Assembly: GCF_032191835.1 (NCBI RefSeq)
Contig: NC_083227.1
Coordinates: forward strand, 113,274,001 to 113,338,000
Length of the DNA stretch: 64,000 nt
DNA from: Heteronotia binoei
Lineage: Eukaryota
Reading direction: 5' to 3'
Shown here: positions 36,701 through 47,954 of the stretch, piece after piece
Numbering within the stretch: the stretch's first letter is position 1
Layout: every line of letters begins with the position of its first letter
Notes under the pieces: generated by a model
Databases searched by the model: none
Told to the model about the DNA's origin: nothing
Seen by the model: the letters and a program-made list of their open reading frames with translations, nothing else
Made by a program: the position numbers and the translations under genes

Positions 36701-38687
36701 CCTTTTTTTTTCCCTTCCCTGTGCTGTGACCCCTGTGTTTGTAAATGAAGGGCACCTTGCTATCCTTGGGACAGAGCATCTTCAGTAGAGCTACTAACCT
36801 CAAGATGGAGCCTAGAGTTCTTATGCTGATCCAGCCCAGAGAAGAGGGGCTGGGTAAAGAGACAAGCAGTACATGGCCCAAGCAAGCATCATGTAGCCAG
36901 ATGCTCAGCCCAGAGAAGGCAGCACCCTAGCTCAGACAAGTTGCAGACATATGTGCGTAGCCTAGCAGAGCCTGGTTTAACATACTGATGGACATACATA
37001 AGTTTGGCAGGGCAGTGGGAAGTGCCCAGTCAAGCCATGCAAGCTATAAGACTGGCTGGTTTTTTCTTCTCTTTCTCCCTCTTTTCTGGGGGTGTGGCCA
37101 GGCTGGGATGTGGGGCAGCCCCTTTCCAGAGCTATTTTTCCCTCTTGATCTGCTTTCTCCTACCTGATAAGTACAGGAGAAATGACCCATGAAAAATACC
37201 CATGGGGCTTCTCATCACGCTCCTTATCTCAGCAGAATAACTTTCCATACTCTTCCTCTGGCTGGACTCTCCACACAATTTAACCACAAGTAATCTGGGT
37301 GGATGTTCTGCTGGAGGGCTTTCTGTTGTTTATTCCGGAGCTTTGTGTGCCAGTAATACATTTAGTAAGTTTTTTTATATGTACAGTCCCTTGAGTTGAG
37401 GCAACTGACATGTCTTAAGAAGATTTCCCTTCCCAGACCATTAGTGCAAGTGTGGACATTTCCATCTTGTCTTACTTGAATCTTAACTGGGAGGCTGAAT
37501 CACAGACTATGATTTATTTCACAAAAGTTTTAATTGTACCTTACGTGTTTTTTGAAAATTTTATTTATTTCTTATTAAAAATTGATAGCCTTATAACTGT
37601 GGGTGGGCCCCTTTGTCTCCTGGCAACCAATATTTTTAGACCCAGTCTGCCACTGTAGCCAAGTCATTGCCCTGCAGGATTCTTAGGAAGGTCCCGTACA
37701 TTGTATAGATTTTCATGGCGCTGGACCAGAAGGAAGTCAGTACCATCTAAAGTTGATTTTGTCTTGCAAAATTACCGTCTTGCTGCAAACCTAAGGGCTC
37801 CAAATAATAAGCACAGGCAATACCATAGTTTCCCATTGATGGGCAAGGGTCTGGCATGGTCATCATAGGCTGTGTGATCAGTCCTATGCAATGATGTATA
37901 CCTTGTGATGAGTTATTTTGGGTCCTCCTGGGGTAAAATAAAGAGGTGGTTCTTACCTGAATACGGTCAAGGACTGTGCCTCCTGGAGCCCACACAATCA
38001 CAGAGCTATCATTGGAGGCAGAGAACAGGAGACGTGCCTGTATCCAAGACAGGAACTGTGTGACCCGGCCAGCATGCTCCTTGGTGCACAAAGACATGCG
38101 GCCATTGTCCATGTCCCACCATTTGATCACTCCATCTAATGGGGCAAGAAAGAATTATATAAGGTTTGGCCAGGGAGCCATTTTTTAGTAAAAGCCACAA
38201 TCCATTCATTTCCATTATATCTGAAGAAGTTATACAGGAAAAGGTTATCAGCTTTTGACAAAGGATACTATGTTAATATGGTATTCCCAGGTGAGCTGAG
38301 GCATGCCTCTGGAAGGAGCATTTGGATGTGGGTTCCTGCTTGTTAAACATATGCTGAAAACACATGGATGAACTGGGCTTTTGCTATGCATGGTGATCTG
38401 CTCTGGGGATATTTAATGGACCTGTGCTTTATTGCAGGCAATCAAACAGCAGCTTTAGTATGTAGATACCATTACCCTCAGATTGCGCACACATATACAG
38501 AGGATGTATGGCCGTGGAAAACCACTCCTCTTCATAAGGCTCAGAAATAATTGAGAAAGATGTTCCTTTCCAGTTCTGACTTACCCTCGAAGCCAGTGAG
38601 GCACTCACGTCGAGCTGCATGGTAGCCAAGAGCTGTTATAGGATGGCGATGATGTTCCCTTATATACAAATGCTGTTGCATCGCCAT
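18713..38687 (-). CDS. Uncharacterised WD40-repeat protein, 17 coding exons, ~744 aa
   Basis: join(38585..38687,37957..38135,36015..36220,35456..35593,33940..34123,32327..32420,25228..25326,24876..24966,24035..24316,22976..23084,21149..21227,20889..20983,20539..20663,20133..20313,19580..19692,19395..19488,18713..18775) = 2235 nt, all GT-AG, phases chain without a stop. WD blades include DGVIKWWD, SASNDSSVIVWA, TAGYDKRLLIFD, SGSFDQTVGIWS, CGHTGMVTAL, SGGWDGRLCLWD, SGSEDGSIHLWS, TGHQDSIKGV and SVSLDGTVCMWK. Exon 11 (21149..21227) and the exact start codon are the least certain parts. Confidence 0.88.
22082..22320 (-). mobile_element. Sauria-type SINE
   Basis: Reverse complement of the characteristic 3' end ...GGCAATGGCAAACCACCCCGTAAAAAGTCTGCC...GTGCTTGCACAGGGGACTACCTTTACC tail. 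Family recognised from memory. Confidence 0.75.
23250..23289 (+). ncRNA. Degenerate minimal type-I hammerhead ribozyme motif in a Penelope-like remnant
   Basis: ATTCCA-CTGAGGA-AGCTTTGTGT-GAAAC-GT-GTA|GGGAAT: CUGANGA and GAAAC cores, GUA cleavage triplet ending at 23282, stem I AUUCC/GGAAU. Stem II is poorly paired, so activity is doubtful. Confidence 0.45.
27054..32000 (-). mobile_element. Full-length Gypsy/Ty3 LTR retrotransposon (Mag-like, single gag-pol ORF)
   Basis: Two 378-bp LTRs (27054..27431 and 31623..32000) with TG...CA ends on the minus strand and 2 mismatches. 5-bp TSD AACAC (27049-27053 / 32001-32005). The 18-nt PBS at 31604-31621 matches the tRNA-Ser(GCU) 3' end as I recall it (ATCCCATCCTCGTCGCCA). 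PPT GGGGGGAGGGG at 27432-27442. Domain order gag-PR-RT-RH-IN. Confidence 0.97.
27456..31481 (-). pseudogene. Gypsy gag-pol polyprotein (1342 codons) interrupted by one in-frame TAG
   Basis: Track ORFs 29778..31481 and 27456..29768 are in the same frame, separated only by TAG at 29778-29780 in VKR*QFGVSVAPG (normally RLQFG). Cys/His knuckles CASCGGQH...C and CRLCNKEGH...C, protease VDSGS, RT FFDD, RNase H DAS..., integrase HHCC plus D(FAGP)...D(NG)...E. Confidence 0.93.
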
Positions 38688-39649
38688 AGCTATGGTCACT
38701 ACTGAAGAAAGACAATATGGAGAAGTTTCCAAATTCCAAACACAATATGACAAGTTTCCAAATGTACAAATGTCAGAGCTTCAAAGACATAAGTGACCAT
38801 GTGATCCTTAGCAGAATCTACTCAAAATTCTATTCAAGTCTACCCAATGGGCTTACTCCCAAACATGTGTTCTTAGTGAGTTTTTTGCAAATGTGGAGAC
38901 TAGTTTAAACTGAGGTGAATTTACCACAAATCCTTAAAAACGAAAAGAAACCTTGTGGTACCTTTAAGATCACTACATTTACTGAAGTGCAAGCTCCAGT
39001 CACCAATGTTAGTTTGTCCTTCTATACATCCATTAGTTTTTAAAGTGTCATGAGACTCCTTTTTTCTTTTGCCACAGACTGACAGCATGGCAACTCCACT
39101 TGAGTCTGCAAACAGCAGTAGTATTATTTTAAATAATTGTTTAGCCATCTGTGGCATGATTTTTCAAAGGCCACACAGCAGCAGTGTTTTTGCATTGTGT
39201 CTCCACAAACTGTATGCCATTTATTTTGATCCATCATAGATCCTCAGACACCATGAGAGGAACCATGTTCTGTAAATGAAGAGCCCGGTAGGAGAAAGAC
39301 CTCAACCCTGAGAAGGAGTGGGGAGGCAGCAGAGAGGTGTTTCCTTTCTCCTGTTGCAGTCCTGAACCATCTCTAAAAAAGGCAAGGCTGAGTTTCTGTC
39401 AGGGATAAAGCAAGCTCTTCAGTCCCTCTCTTGTTCCTAATTGTTCTGGCTTTACAACTCTTCAGCATTGGCTTTGTAGAAGGGAACAAGTGAATAGCTT
39501 CCCGAGGAAATTCTCTCTGGACCCATGTAAAAATAATACTTGGCTGGTATATGTCTTATGCCTGGAAAGCATTATAGAGCTGGGTGGGAAGGGGATCAGA
39601 GCATACAGGGGCAAAGGAACAGACGGATCTTAACTGTGAAAGAGAGGGA

Positions 39650-40200
39650 ATTTCAGTATGTGGGACTTCCCGTGTTCGGCTGCACCGAGTTTTACCGCCG
39701 AGCGTTCTCTTTTACACAATCGTCGAAGGTACAGAAAAAGCCCCTGTCGTCCTCGGCGTCTGGCCAGCCAGCGGGACAAGTTACTCTGCAACCTTAAAGG
39801 ACTCGGCAGACATCGCGCCCCCAGTCCCCCTCCCCTCGCTCTGCCTGCGGTGAAGGAGGGATTGCACAATTTCCCAGAAGTTTCAGAGGCTGCTTACGTT
39901 GTGGTGCTCCCAGTCTCTTAAAAACATAGATGATCCTAGTTTAGTCAGCCCTTCAGAGCTCCCCAATCGTTTTTCCTGAGACTTGCACAAATATACAAGG
40001 TACAGCCAGGCGGCAGGGCTGCAGAGGGTTTCTCCGGAACCTCAGGCTGCCTGAAGAGTTTCTCGTTTACTTCCTTCTCCTGTCACCATGGAAATAAGAG
40101 GGCGGGAGTGAGCTAATCCCAGGGTTTAGGCAGAAGCAGTTCATGTCGTGAGAATCCGAAGCATACCATTTTTGATTGACGTCAAGCGCACAAGATTTTG
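39650..40200 (-). promoter_or_regulatory. CpG-rich putative promoter of the WD40 gene with RFX X-box and CRE
   Basis: GTCACCATGGAAAT (40082-40095) is a near-consensus X-box. Perfect palindromic CRE TGACGTCA at 40177-40184. CpG is retained locally. Possible non-coding first-exon donor AAC|gtaagc at 39898/39897. Confidence 0.55.
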
Positions 40201-43069
40201 TCTTTATCCAAAATAAGTTTTCCCCACCCCCCAGAAGCACTGCAATGGTAGGAAAAGTCCCATTCGTTTAATATTCATACCCTTAGCTACTGTAAGCAAT
40301 TTAAACTTGTCTTCACACTAGGGCACAATTAGGGAATTCACTGCTAGAAGATGGCTGCTAGTTTAGATGGTTTTAAAAGGAGGTTAGACAAATTCTTGGA
40401 GGATAGATCCATTAATGGGTATTTGTTCTCATGGTGCAGTGGAACCTCCATGGTTTGAGGAAGTGTACCTACCTCTGTATGTCAGTTGCTACTGGGGGCA
40501 GCAAAAAGGGGAAGCTTTGGCCTCTGTGCCAATCTTGTACATTTTCTGGGTGCATTGGGGCAGGGTTGCCAAGTCCTGGTTGAACAATTTCTGAAGATTT
40601 GGGAGTGGAGCTGGTTTGGGGAGGGGAAGAATGACCTCAGCAAACTGACGCCATAGACCTTGGCCTCCAAAACAGCCATTTTCTACATGGGACCTGAAAC
40701 CTGTAGTTTGGAAGTAGTTGTAATTCTGGGAGTCCTCTGGTGGTTAGCAACCCTAATAGGTGGCTATTGGCCTCTGTGGAAAGCAGAGTTGTTCTAATAT
40801 AGTGAGGCTTTTCTTTTGTTCTGAGTGTGTTTTCTGTGTGCACTCAGGTAATGTGGGTTTCTCTGCTCACTGGTTCTTCAGCCAGTTCCATACCTCCCAA
40901 TTTTTGACAAAAGCAGGAAATTTGGGGTAATCCCTGTAAAAAGAAAATGCTAGATATATAGGCTATTTGGATAATATTGGTTTATTTGTAAATATATAAG
41001 TGGAGTGGCCAGGAGGTAAGTGCAAAAAAACAGATAGTTGTGGCCTTTTTAGCAGCCAAAGTCCCCCATATCATTGGTCTTTTTTTCTTCACAGGTAACT
41101 GCAAAATGAGACTCATTCACAATGCAACCCCATGCATGTTTATTCAGAAAGACGTCAATTTTTTCCAGCAGAGCTTATTCCCAGCAAAGTGTTTTTAGGA
41201 CTACAACTAACAGTGAACATCAGAAGGTGCCTAAACAACACTAGCACAAGCACCTGCCACTTTTCAAATAATGGCTGGGGTGGAGAAATTGTCATTTTTT
41301 CAGCACCAGTTAGGAGGTTAGGGAAATGCCCTTCTGAAGAACAGGTTTACTAGGTAGGGTAAATTCTTTAAACTGCATTGTACTTTATGGGTAACTACTG
41401 CAAACATCATATTGCTGGGGAAGCTTCAGAGACTACTTTATCAGGTGCATGAATTATATAGAGAAGATGGCAGGTCTGTTGGTCTGTCTATCTATGATCT
41501 AATATTCCATGCAGGACATAAACCAAATTAACAAATGGGAATTCAAGAAGTGTGGGAATAAAACATGAAAACCGGACGCTGATAGCTGGGATACTAAAGA
41601 TTAATGCAGAATGTAACCTAAACATTTGCTGGAATATCAAGTATGAATATTAAACACTTACTGAAGAACTATATATAGTTACAATTCATAGCCTAGTGGG
41701 AAAGAACCACCCACGATCTTTGTCCAAAAACCCTGAGGAATGCAGACAAATTTGTTAGTGGATCTGTTCTGTTGTCTCTTGTTCCAATTGCATTAAGTGT
41801 TCTAGAGGCTACCGCTTGCATATCTAATAGCAGGTTAAGGACACATTGATTACAGCATCTGTGACAGTAGGGAGGTGGGAAATGTGGGTTTAGGATTTAA
41901 TCCTTATTGTAGCACAGAACACATCTATATTATGGCCATATTATCTGTATGGAAGCAACTGTATATTAACACAAAACCCAGCTGGGGCTGTAGTTTCTCT
42001 CAAGGAGTCTAGGCATGGTAGTTGTGCTGGTGTCATGGACTTATAGAGCCACTGCCTTGCCCAGTAATTATCATCCTGCTTTGCCCCTGCCATTTTGTCT
42101 GCAGGCTTTACAAAAACAGTCATCTCTTGAAACACTGATAGAGGAGGTGATGGCTTTTTCACTACTCCTAACACTAAAGTGGCTGGTCCCCAATAGGATA
42201 ATGAAAGCTGCAACACAAGCAGTTTCTATACACTCAGGGGACAACCTCCCCCACCCCCATGTATGCAGAAAAATATGACTTTATAAATCTACCAAAAGAT
42301 AACAACACACACACACACAAACACCACCAAAAACCCCCAGCATAATGAGGACCAAATATGCTGTAAAATGTAGGGAATACTGAGAGCAACTAAAAGAGAA
42401 ATTAGAGGATGGGAAATATGCTTATTCAAGCCCCAGAAACTTCAAGAAATTTCTGAGGGGGAGTTTTTGAGGGACTGAGGTCTGATTTCCAAATCATTCC
42501 CACCACAGTTCCTCATAGCCTTCTAACTTTTTAACAAATAAAAATTGTTGACTTCCGGATTTCAGCACCTTGAGCTCAGTGGTGGTCTGCGGAGCTCGGC
42601 TCCAACGACCCCCTTGAATCGGGCGGTAGGAGGGGTGCCGCAGTCGCGGCATCTCAAGGGGGCTCTGGAGGGGTCTCCTGACAGCAAGGAGCTCTACAGG
42701 AGCCAGGGAAACAACACTGGTGCTCTGCTGCCACAATCATCATTATGGCAGCAAGAGGTGAATGTCCGACTGCTTTCCTCTCTTAACAAGCTTTTGATGC
42801 ATCATTCTTCTACCTTAATCACTAAAATTTTACCATACAAGTAAGTCTACTTTCCAATACTACTGGCTAATGGATTTTTTAATATAACAACAATTGGGAC
42901 TGTTCAAAAAGAAAGGGGAAGAGGAGGATAATCCCCCCCTTCTCCGCAAGGGAGGCTTCAAAAAGACAAAGAACAAACTTGAGAATTTTCAATAACTTAA
43001 ATTGGACTGAGCGCAGATATTCAAATTGATTTGGTTTACAATTAAACAAGTTATAATGAGACCACCACT

Positions 43070-44080
43070 AGGATTTAGAAGGGTAGAAGATTTGTTAATA
43101 CTAGATAAGTTAAAACCATTACATGAGTTTCAAGAAGTCGTAGGAATACAATACTGGCTTAAGGCTACAGGATTGTATACTAAAGTTAAGAAGGAAGTGG
43201 AGAAGAGTAATTTAAATGAAGAAGAACCTATGGAAAAGTTTTACAAATTAATGGGCAAAACAAAAAAAGGATTAGTAGGCATCCTATACAGGAGTATGAA
43301 TTCAGGCAACGAAGGAGCAATAAGCTACCTTCAACGGTCATGGAGTTTAGAAGGCAAAATAACGAAACGAACAGGGGAGAAGATAATGGAAGGTTTTAAA
43401 AAAGTTAAGATACATAAGGTTAGAGAAATGGAATTGAAATTTTTTACCAAATGGTATAGAACTCCGGCTACTTTAGCCAATATGTTTCCTGGGTTGAGCC
43501 CTAAGTGTTGGCACTGTAAGAAAGAGAAGGGATGGTATACCCACATGTGGTGGGAGTGCCCTGAGGCCAAGAAACTATGGGATATGGTAGTGGGAATGAT
43601 AAAGAAATTCTTTCAGGCAGAGCCGAGAATTAACTTTGAACTAATGCAGATGAGTTTATTAGGGAATGAAAAAATAGGGAAGAATAATCAAGATTTACTA
43701 AAAGCAATGATATCAGCGGGTAAAGCGGTAATAGCGGCAGGATGGAAGGATAAAAGTAAATGGAAGGAAAGAACTTGGCATAACTATCTCTTTGATTTTG
43801 TCCAGTCAGATATAGCTGCTACAATGTCGCAAGAAGAATCATGGGAGGAAAGAAGATCAAGAATCAAAGAAAAGTGGCAGACCTATCTGAAATGGGCGAA
43901 GGAAGAAAGGAGAGTGGACATTCAGTGGAAGCTTCAAGTCCTTTGTTCCTGGCTGGAAGAAGAAAAGGATGTATAGACTAAGGGGGGTGGGTTGGGGGAA
44001 AATGTAAAATGGATATCAGAAATCATGTAGAGAAATGGATAATGTATAATAATAATAATAAAAATATACATTGGGAAAAA
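43070..44080 (+). mobile_element. 5'-truncated L1-clade LINE (ORF2 C-terminus + 3' UTR)
   Basis: Uninterrupted frame to the stop at 43976 containing KWYRTP...KCWHCKKEKGWYTHMWWECP, the L1-type C-terminal cysteine-rich domain. G-rich then (AAT)n/A-rich 3' end. Perfect 17-bp TSD ATAATGAGACCACCACT (43053-43069 / 44081-44097) at a TT/ATAA site. Confidence 0.9.
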
Positions 44081-45446
44081 ATAATGAGACCACCACTTGG
44101 TTACAATACGGTCTGAATAAAAACGGGATATACTTTTAAGAGAAATGTATGTGCTGCTTGATCAGGACTGAAATGACTACAATTGAAATGCAGGGGAAAA
44201 GCACACAGCTGGAGGAGATTTAGAAAGACAGACTAACTGGGACTGTGAGCTACTTTTTAACTTTGATTATCAGACTGAGTTATTCTGTGGAGAAAATAGC
44301 ATTGCAAATTAAAGCGTTTGATAAAAAAAGATGTTAGGACTACCATAATCTCCTTAAAGCAGGAAATTGGTCTGTTAACAGAGTTGATACAAATGCAAAA
44401 GGAAACTTTTATTCTGAAATACAGTGAAACTGAAAATTTATATGAGCAGAGTGGTAAAGAGACCCCAGTGATGTCTGCTGAGTCGAGAAAAATGGATAAG
44501 GTGGGGAAAGGTGCTGAAGGAAATCAAAATAGAGACAACGTGCGCAGTTACAAAGAAGAGGCGGAAATCAAGACTGATCAAAGTTCTTACAGGAGAAAGT
44601 GACGGTGTGGGGGCCTTATCATTCTCAGCAAAATGGAGGAATGTGCCAAGAGGAGAGGAGGCACATTTCAGTAAGATCAAAACTTGGAAAGCCTTCAAGA
44701 AGAAGGGATTATAAACTGTTTTTTCTGCATGTAATCAGTTAACATTGAATCAGTAAAAGGAACTGGCATGCGATTTTGAAATAAGCCAGGCTTTCGGAAC
44801 CTGGATGTTTCTCTTCCATTTGTTATTTTCATTTATGGAAGCTAAATAGAGTAATGTAAATAGAGAGTGGGCTATGGAGATTGTATGATTTTTCCTCTGT
44901 GTAAAAATAAACAAGTGTGGGAGATGTGGCAGTTACTGCATATTAAACTTGTGCCTCTTAGAGTAATATGAAAATAGGAGTTATAGTCTCCAAAAGTTTT
45001 TAAAGAATTTTAAACATCCTAAGTAGACAAACATTTAACTTGGATTAACTTGTAACAAGGCAGACAACACAAATATTTTATAATCTTAAAGATTGTTCCT
45101 GATATTTCTGACTGGAGAAATTATTTATATTAAAATAGGCAAAGTATTGTGTTTTTTGTTCTTCTTTTCTCTCTTCTGCTAGAAACCAGTAAGTTAGTAT
45201 TAAGGATAAAGAAACTATGTTTATCTTTTATGCTTATGTTAATGGTTAATACTGTTAAATTAACTAGTTAGCTCTTATTTTTAATATTGCTACATTTAAC
45301 CAGTTAGCTCTGTTTCGTGATTGACTTTTTTGTTTTTCTCACTTGTATGTACTGAAGATGAACAGTTTAGATTTATATCGTAAGCAATAGAATAGTTAAA
45401 AGTATATAATGAAATAATAAGACTGTAGAATTTAATGGTTATACTG

Positions 45447-47954
45447 CAGGCATGTCCAACTTCGAACAAATCATGATCTATTTTTTCCGGACAAAAGTGC
45501 TGGTGATCTACCACCATGAAGTTTCAAATTAGTTTTGAATTAGATTTTAACCCACCAAAGTTGGGTTCCACCGCCGCCCTTCCCCCCACTTACAATGCAC
45601 TTTCTGTCATTTACTGGTAAGCAAAATAAGCAAAAACAAAACAGAGATGAAGATCCAGAAAGAACTGCAAACAGTTTTTCTTAAATTTTTATTGTTATAA
45701 CTTTCTTTAACTGTCTTAATAACTTTCTTTAACTTTTATTGAGTAATTTGTGTTAAATGTAGGTCAAGTATTGATCCAGGCTGATCTTGCACAATCTTTA
45801 AAACTTCGCTCTTGCTAATTAGTGAGACGTCTGAGCCTGCATTTCATCCACCAGCTTTTTGAAGCTGGGTGAATACTGCGTAAGGGCCAGTGTCAGGGAA
45901 TCCTGGAGATGTTCATCTGTCATGTTGGAATACTGTGTACTCTTTGTCATTTTCAGATGGGAAAACGCAGATTCACACAGATAAGTTGAACCGAAACAGG
46001 AGTGTACAGCTTCACTGCATCTTCTCAAGCTGGGAAATTTGTCTCTAGGCACTAGCTTCCAAAACGATTCTTGCTCAGCACGGGTCTTGAGAAAAATGTC
46101 ATTTTTAAGGGTTACTATTTCGTTTTCAAGAGACGTTTTCAAGTTACTTGTTCAGTGAGTAATTTTTACTGATAGCAGCTGCAGTTTCCTTAATGTCCAT
46201 ATCTGCTTTGAATGGGTATGACAAGTACTCCACAACTTTTTCAATTCTTTGGAAGTCACAAAATCTTTTTTCAAATTCCTGGATAACAGAGCAGATTTCT
46301 GTCACATACTTCTCATTCTGAAAAACAAAATTTGGATATTGTCCCAGATGGTTCTGCGTATTAGGAAAATGATCGAAAGTGTTGTTTGCAAGGGCAGTCA
46401 TCATTAGCTCAAATTTGCTCTTGTAGGATGAAACTGTACTCATCATCTCGCCAATGCATTTGTTTTTACCTTGTAGTTCAATGTTCATATCACTTAGTTT
46501 TCCTGTAAAGTCAGTGAGAAATGGCAGATCACATAACCACTCCTCATCTTCCAACTCTGCTTTGTCATCTCCCCTCTCCTTCAAAAACCTTCTTATTTCA
46601 TTCAGCAAATCATGGAATCTTTGCAGAATTTTGTACCTACTTAGGCACCTTACATCTGTGTGCAGAATGATTTCTGCTGCCCCTTCATCAAGAGTAAGAT
46701 TGAAAAGCCGTCTTTGAAGTGATCTTCCACAAACTGAATTTACAATTTTGAAAGTGTGTCCATGATAGTCTTTGTACTGAGTCCTTGCTTGCCAAAACTT
46801 GCTGGTGAATGATGTTGTGGTAAGAAAGGAAATCTGGAAAGTCATCATGTCATCTTCAGAGGTCTATGAAACTGTTAACCTCACCTGTCATTGCTCTTGC
46901 TCCATCAGTAGTGATGGAAACAAGTTTATGCAATGGAAGATTACACTTTGTCACAAAAGAATGGAAAGAGCTGAATATTTCCTGACCAGTAGCTCTCCCT
47001 TTTAAAGAAATCATTCCAAGTAGTTCTTCTTTAACACTGAAGTCTTCAAAAACCATCTGGATAAAGACTAGCAACTGGGCTGTGTCTCTTATGTCTGTAG
47101 ATTCATCCATTTGGAGTGAGAAAGCAACACAAACTGAAACATCCTCCAACGATTGTTCAGTTGTGTCTCCACACATCTTTTCTATTCGGCGCACGATGGT
47201 GTTTCTTGACAATTGTACATCTTGAACAGCAGCTATGATCTCTTTCTTATTCTTAAATCCTTCAAAAAGATTGTCTGCTGCTTCAAGAAAACAATCTTTT
47301 ACAAATTCTCCTTCATTGAAAGGTTTGCATTTCTTTGCAATCAGGTTGCTAACCTTGATGGATGCCATGGTTGCATTGATAGAATGTGACCTTGGCTTCG
47401 CCATCAACTTGCTGTGCAGCCAATTTAGATTTAAGTTCTTTGAGCTTCAGTTTACGAATTTCACTTTTAGGTGGAAAATCAGCATCAAACTTATTGTTAT
47501 GCAGAGCCTTATCCTTTTTGGGCAAGGATACAGTGGCGTTACAAAGTAGACAACACTTGTCTTTCACCATGATGAAGAAGTAGTCCATTTCCCATTCATC
47601 ATGGGAAAGTGGCAGGTTTTGCTCTTCTTTGGAACACTCGTCTTCGTTTTACTGGGGTAGCTGGGGTGCTAAGTTAACTGTGGCTGAATCTGGTCCAAAA
47701 CTGTCACTGTCCCAAAGTATTAAAGATCAACAGGAACGGAAGACCTCTGGATGATGCCAAAACCACACATGCAGTTCTAAAAGTAAAAATAAGAATTCAT
47801 CATACTGGCACCAGTAATCAAATACCACCACACCAAACAATCATCAAAAAACCCCCAAACACCTGTCCAGCAGACCATAAGTGGGGCTGGTGATCTACCT
47901 CTGACCCCTCTGCGATCTACTGGTAGATCGCGATCTACCTGTTGTACATACCTG
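45447..47954 (-). mobile_element. hAT (Charlie/Buster-type) DNA transposon with frameshifted transposase
   Basis: 14-bp TIRs CAGGCATGTCCAAC (45447-45460) and GTTGTACATACCTG (47941-47954), 2 mismatches. 8-bp TSD TTATACTG/TTATATTG. Minus-strand transposase pieces at 47349..47588 (BED-like C..C), 46856..47407 (SLQMDESTD...SITTDGARAM), 46144..46848 (HTDVRCLSR) and 45819..46142 (FGSTYLCESAFS, hATC dimerisation). Confidence 0.93.

Noticed and set aside
43026-43069. Start of the 316-aa ORF as a real gene start
   Set aside because: The first ~15 codons come from flanking host sequence and the TSD with a TTG start; the ORF is a 5'-truncated L1 ORF2 tail.
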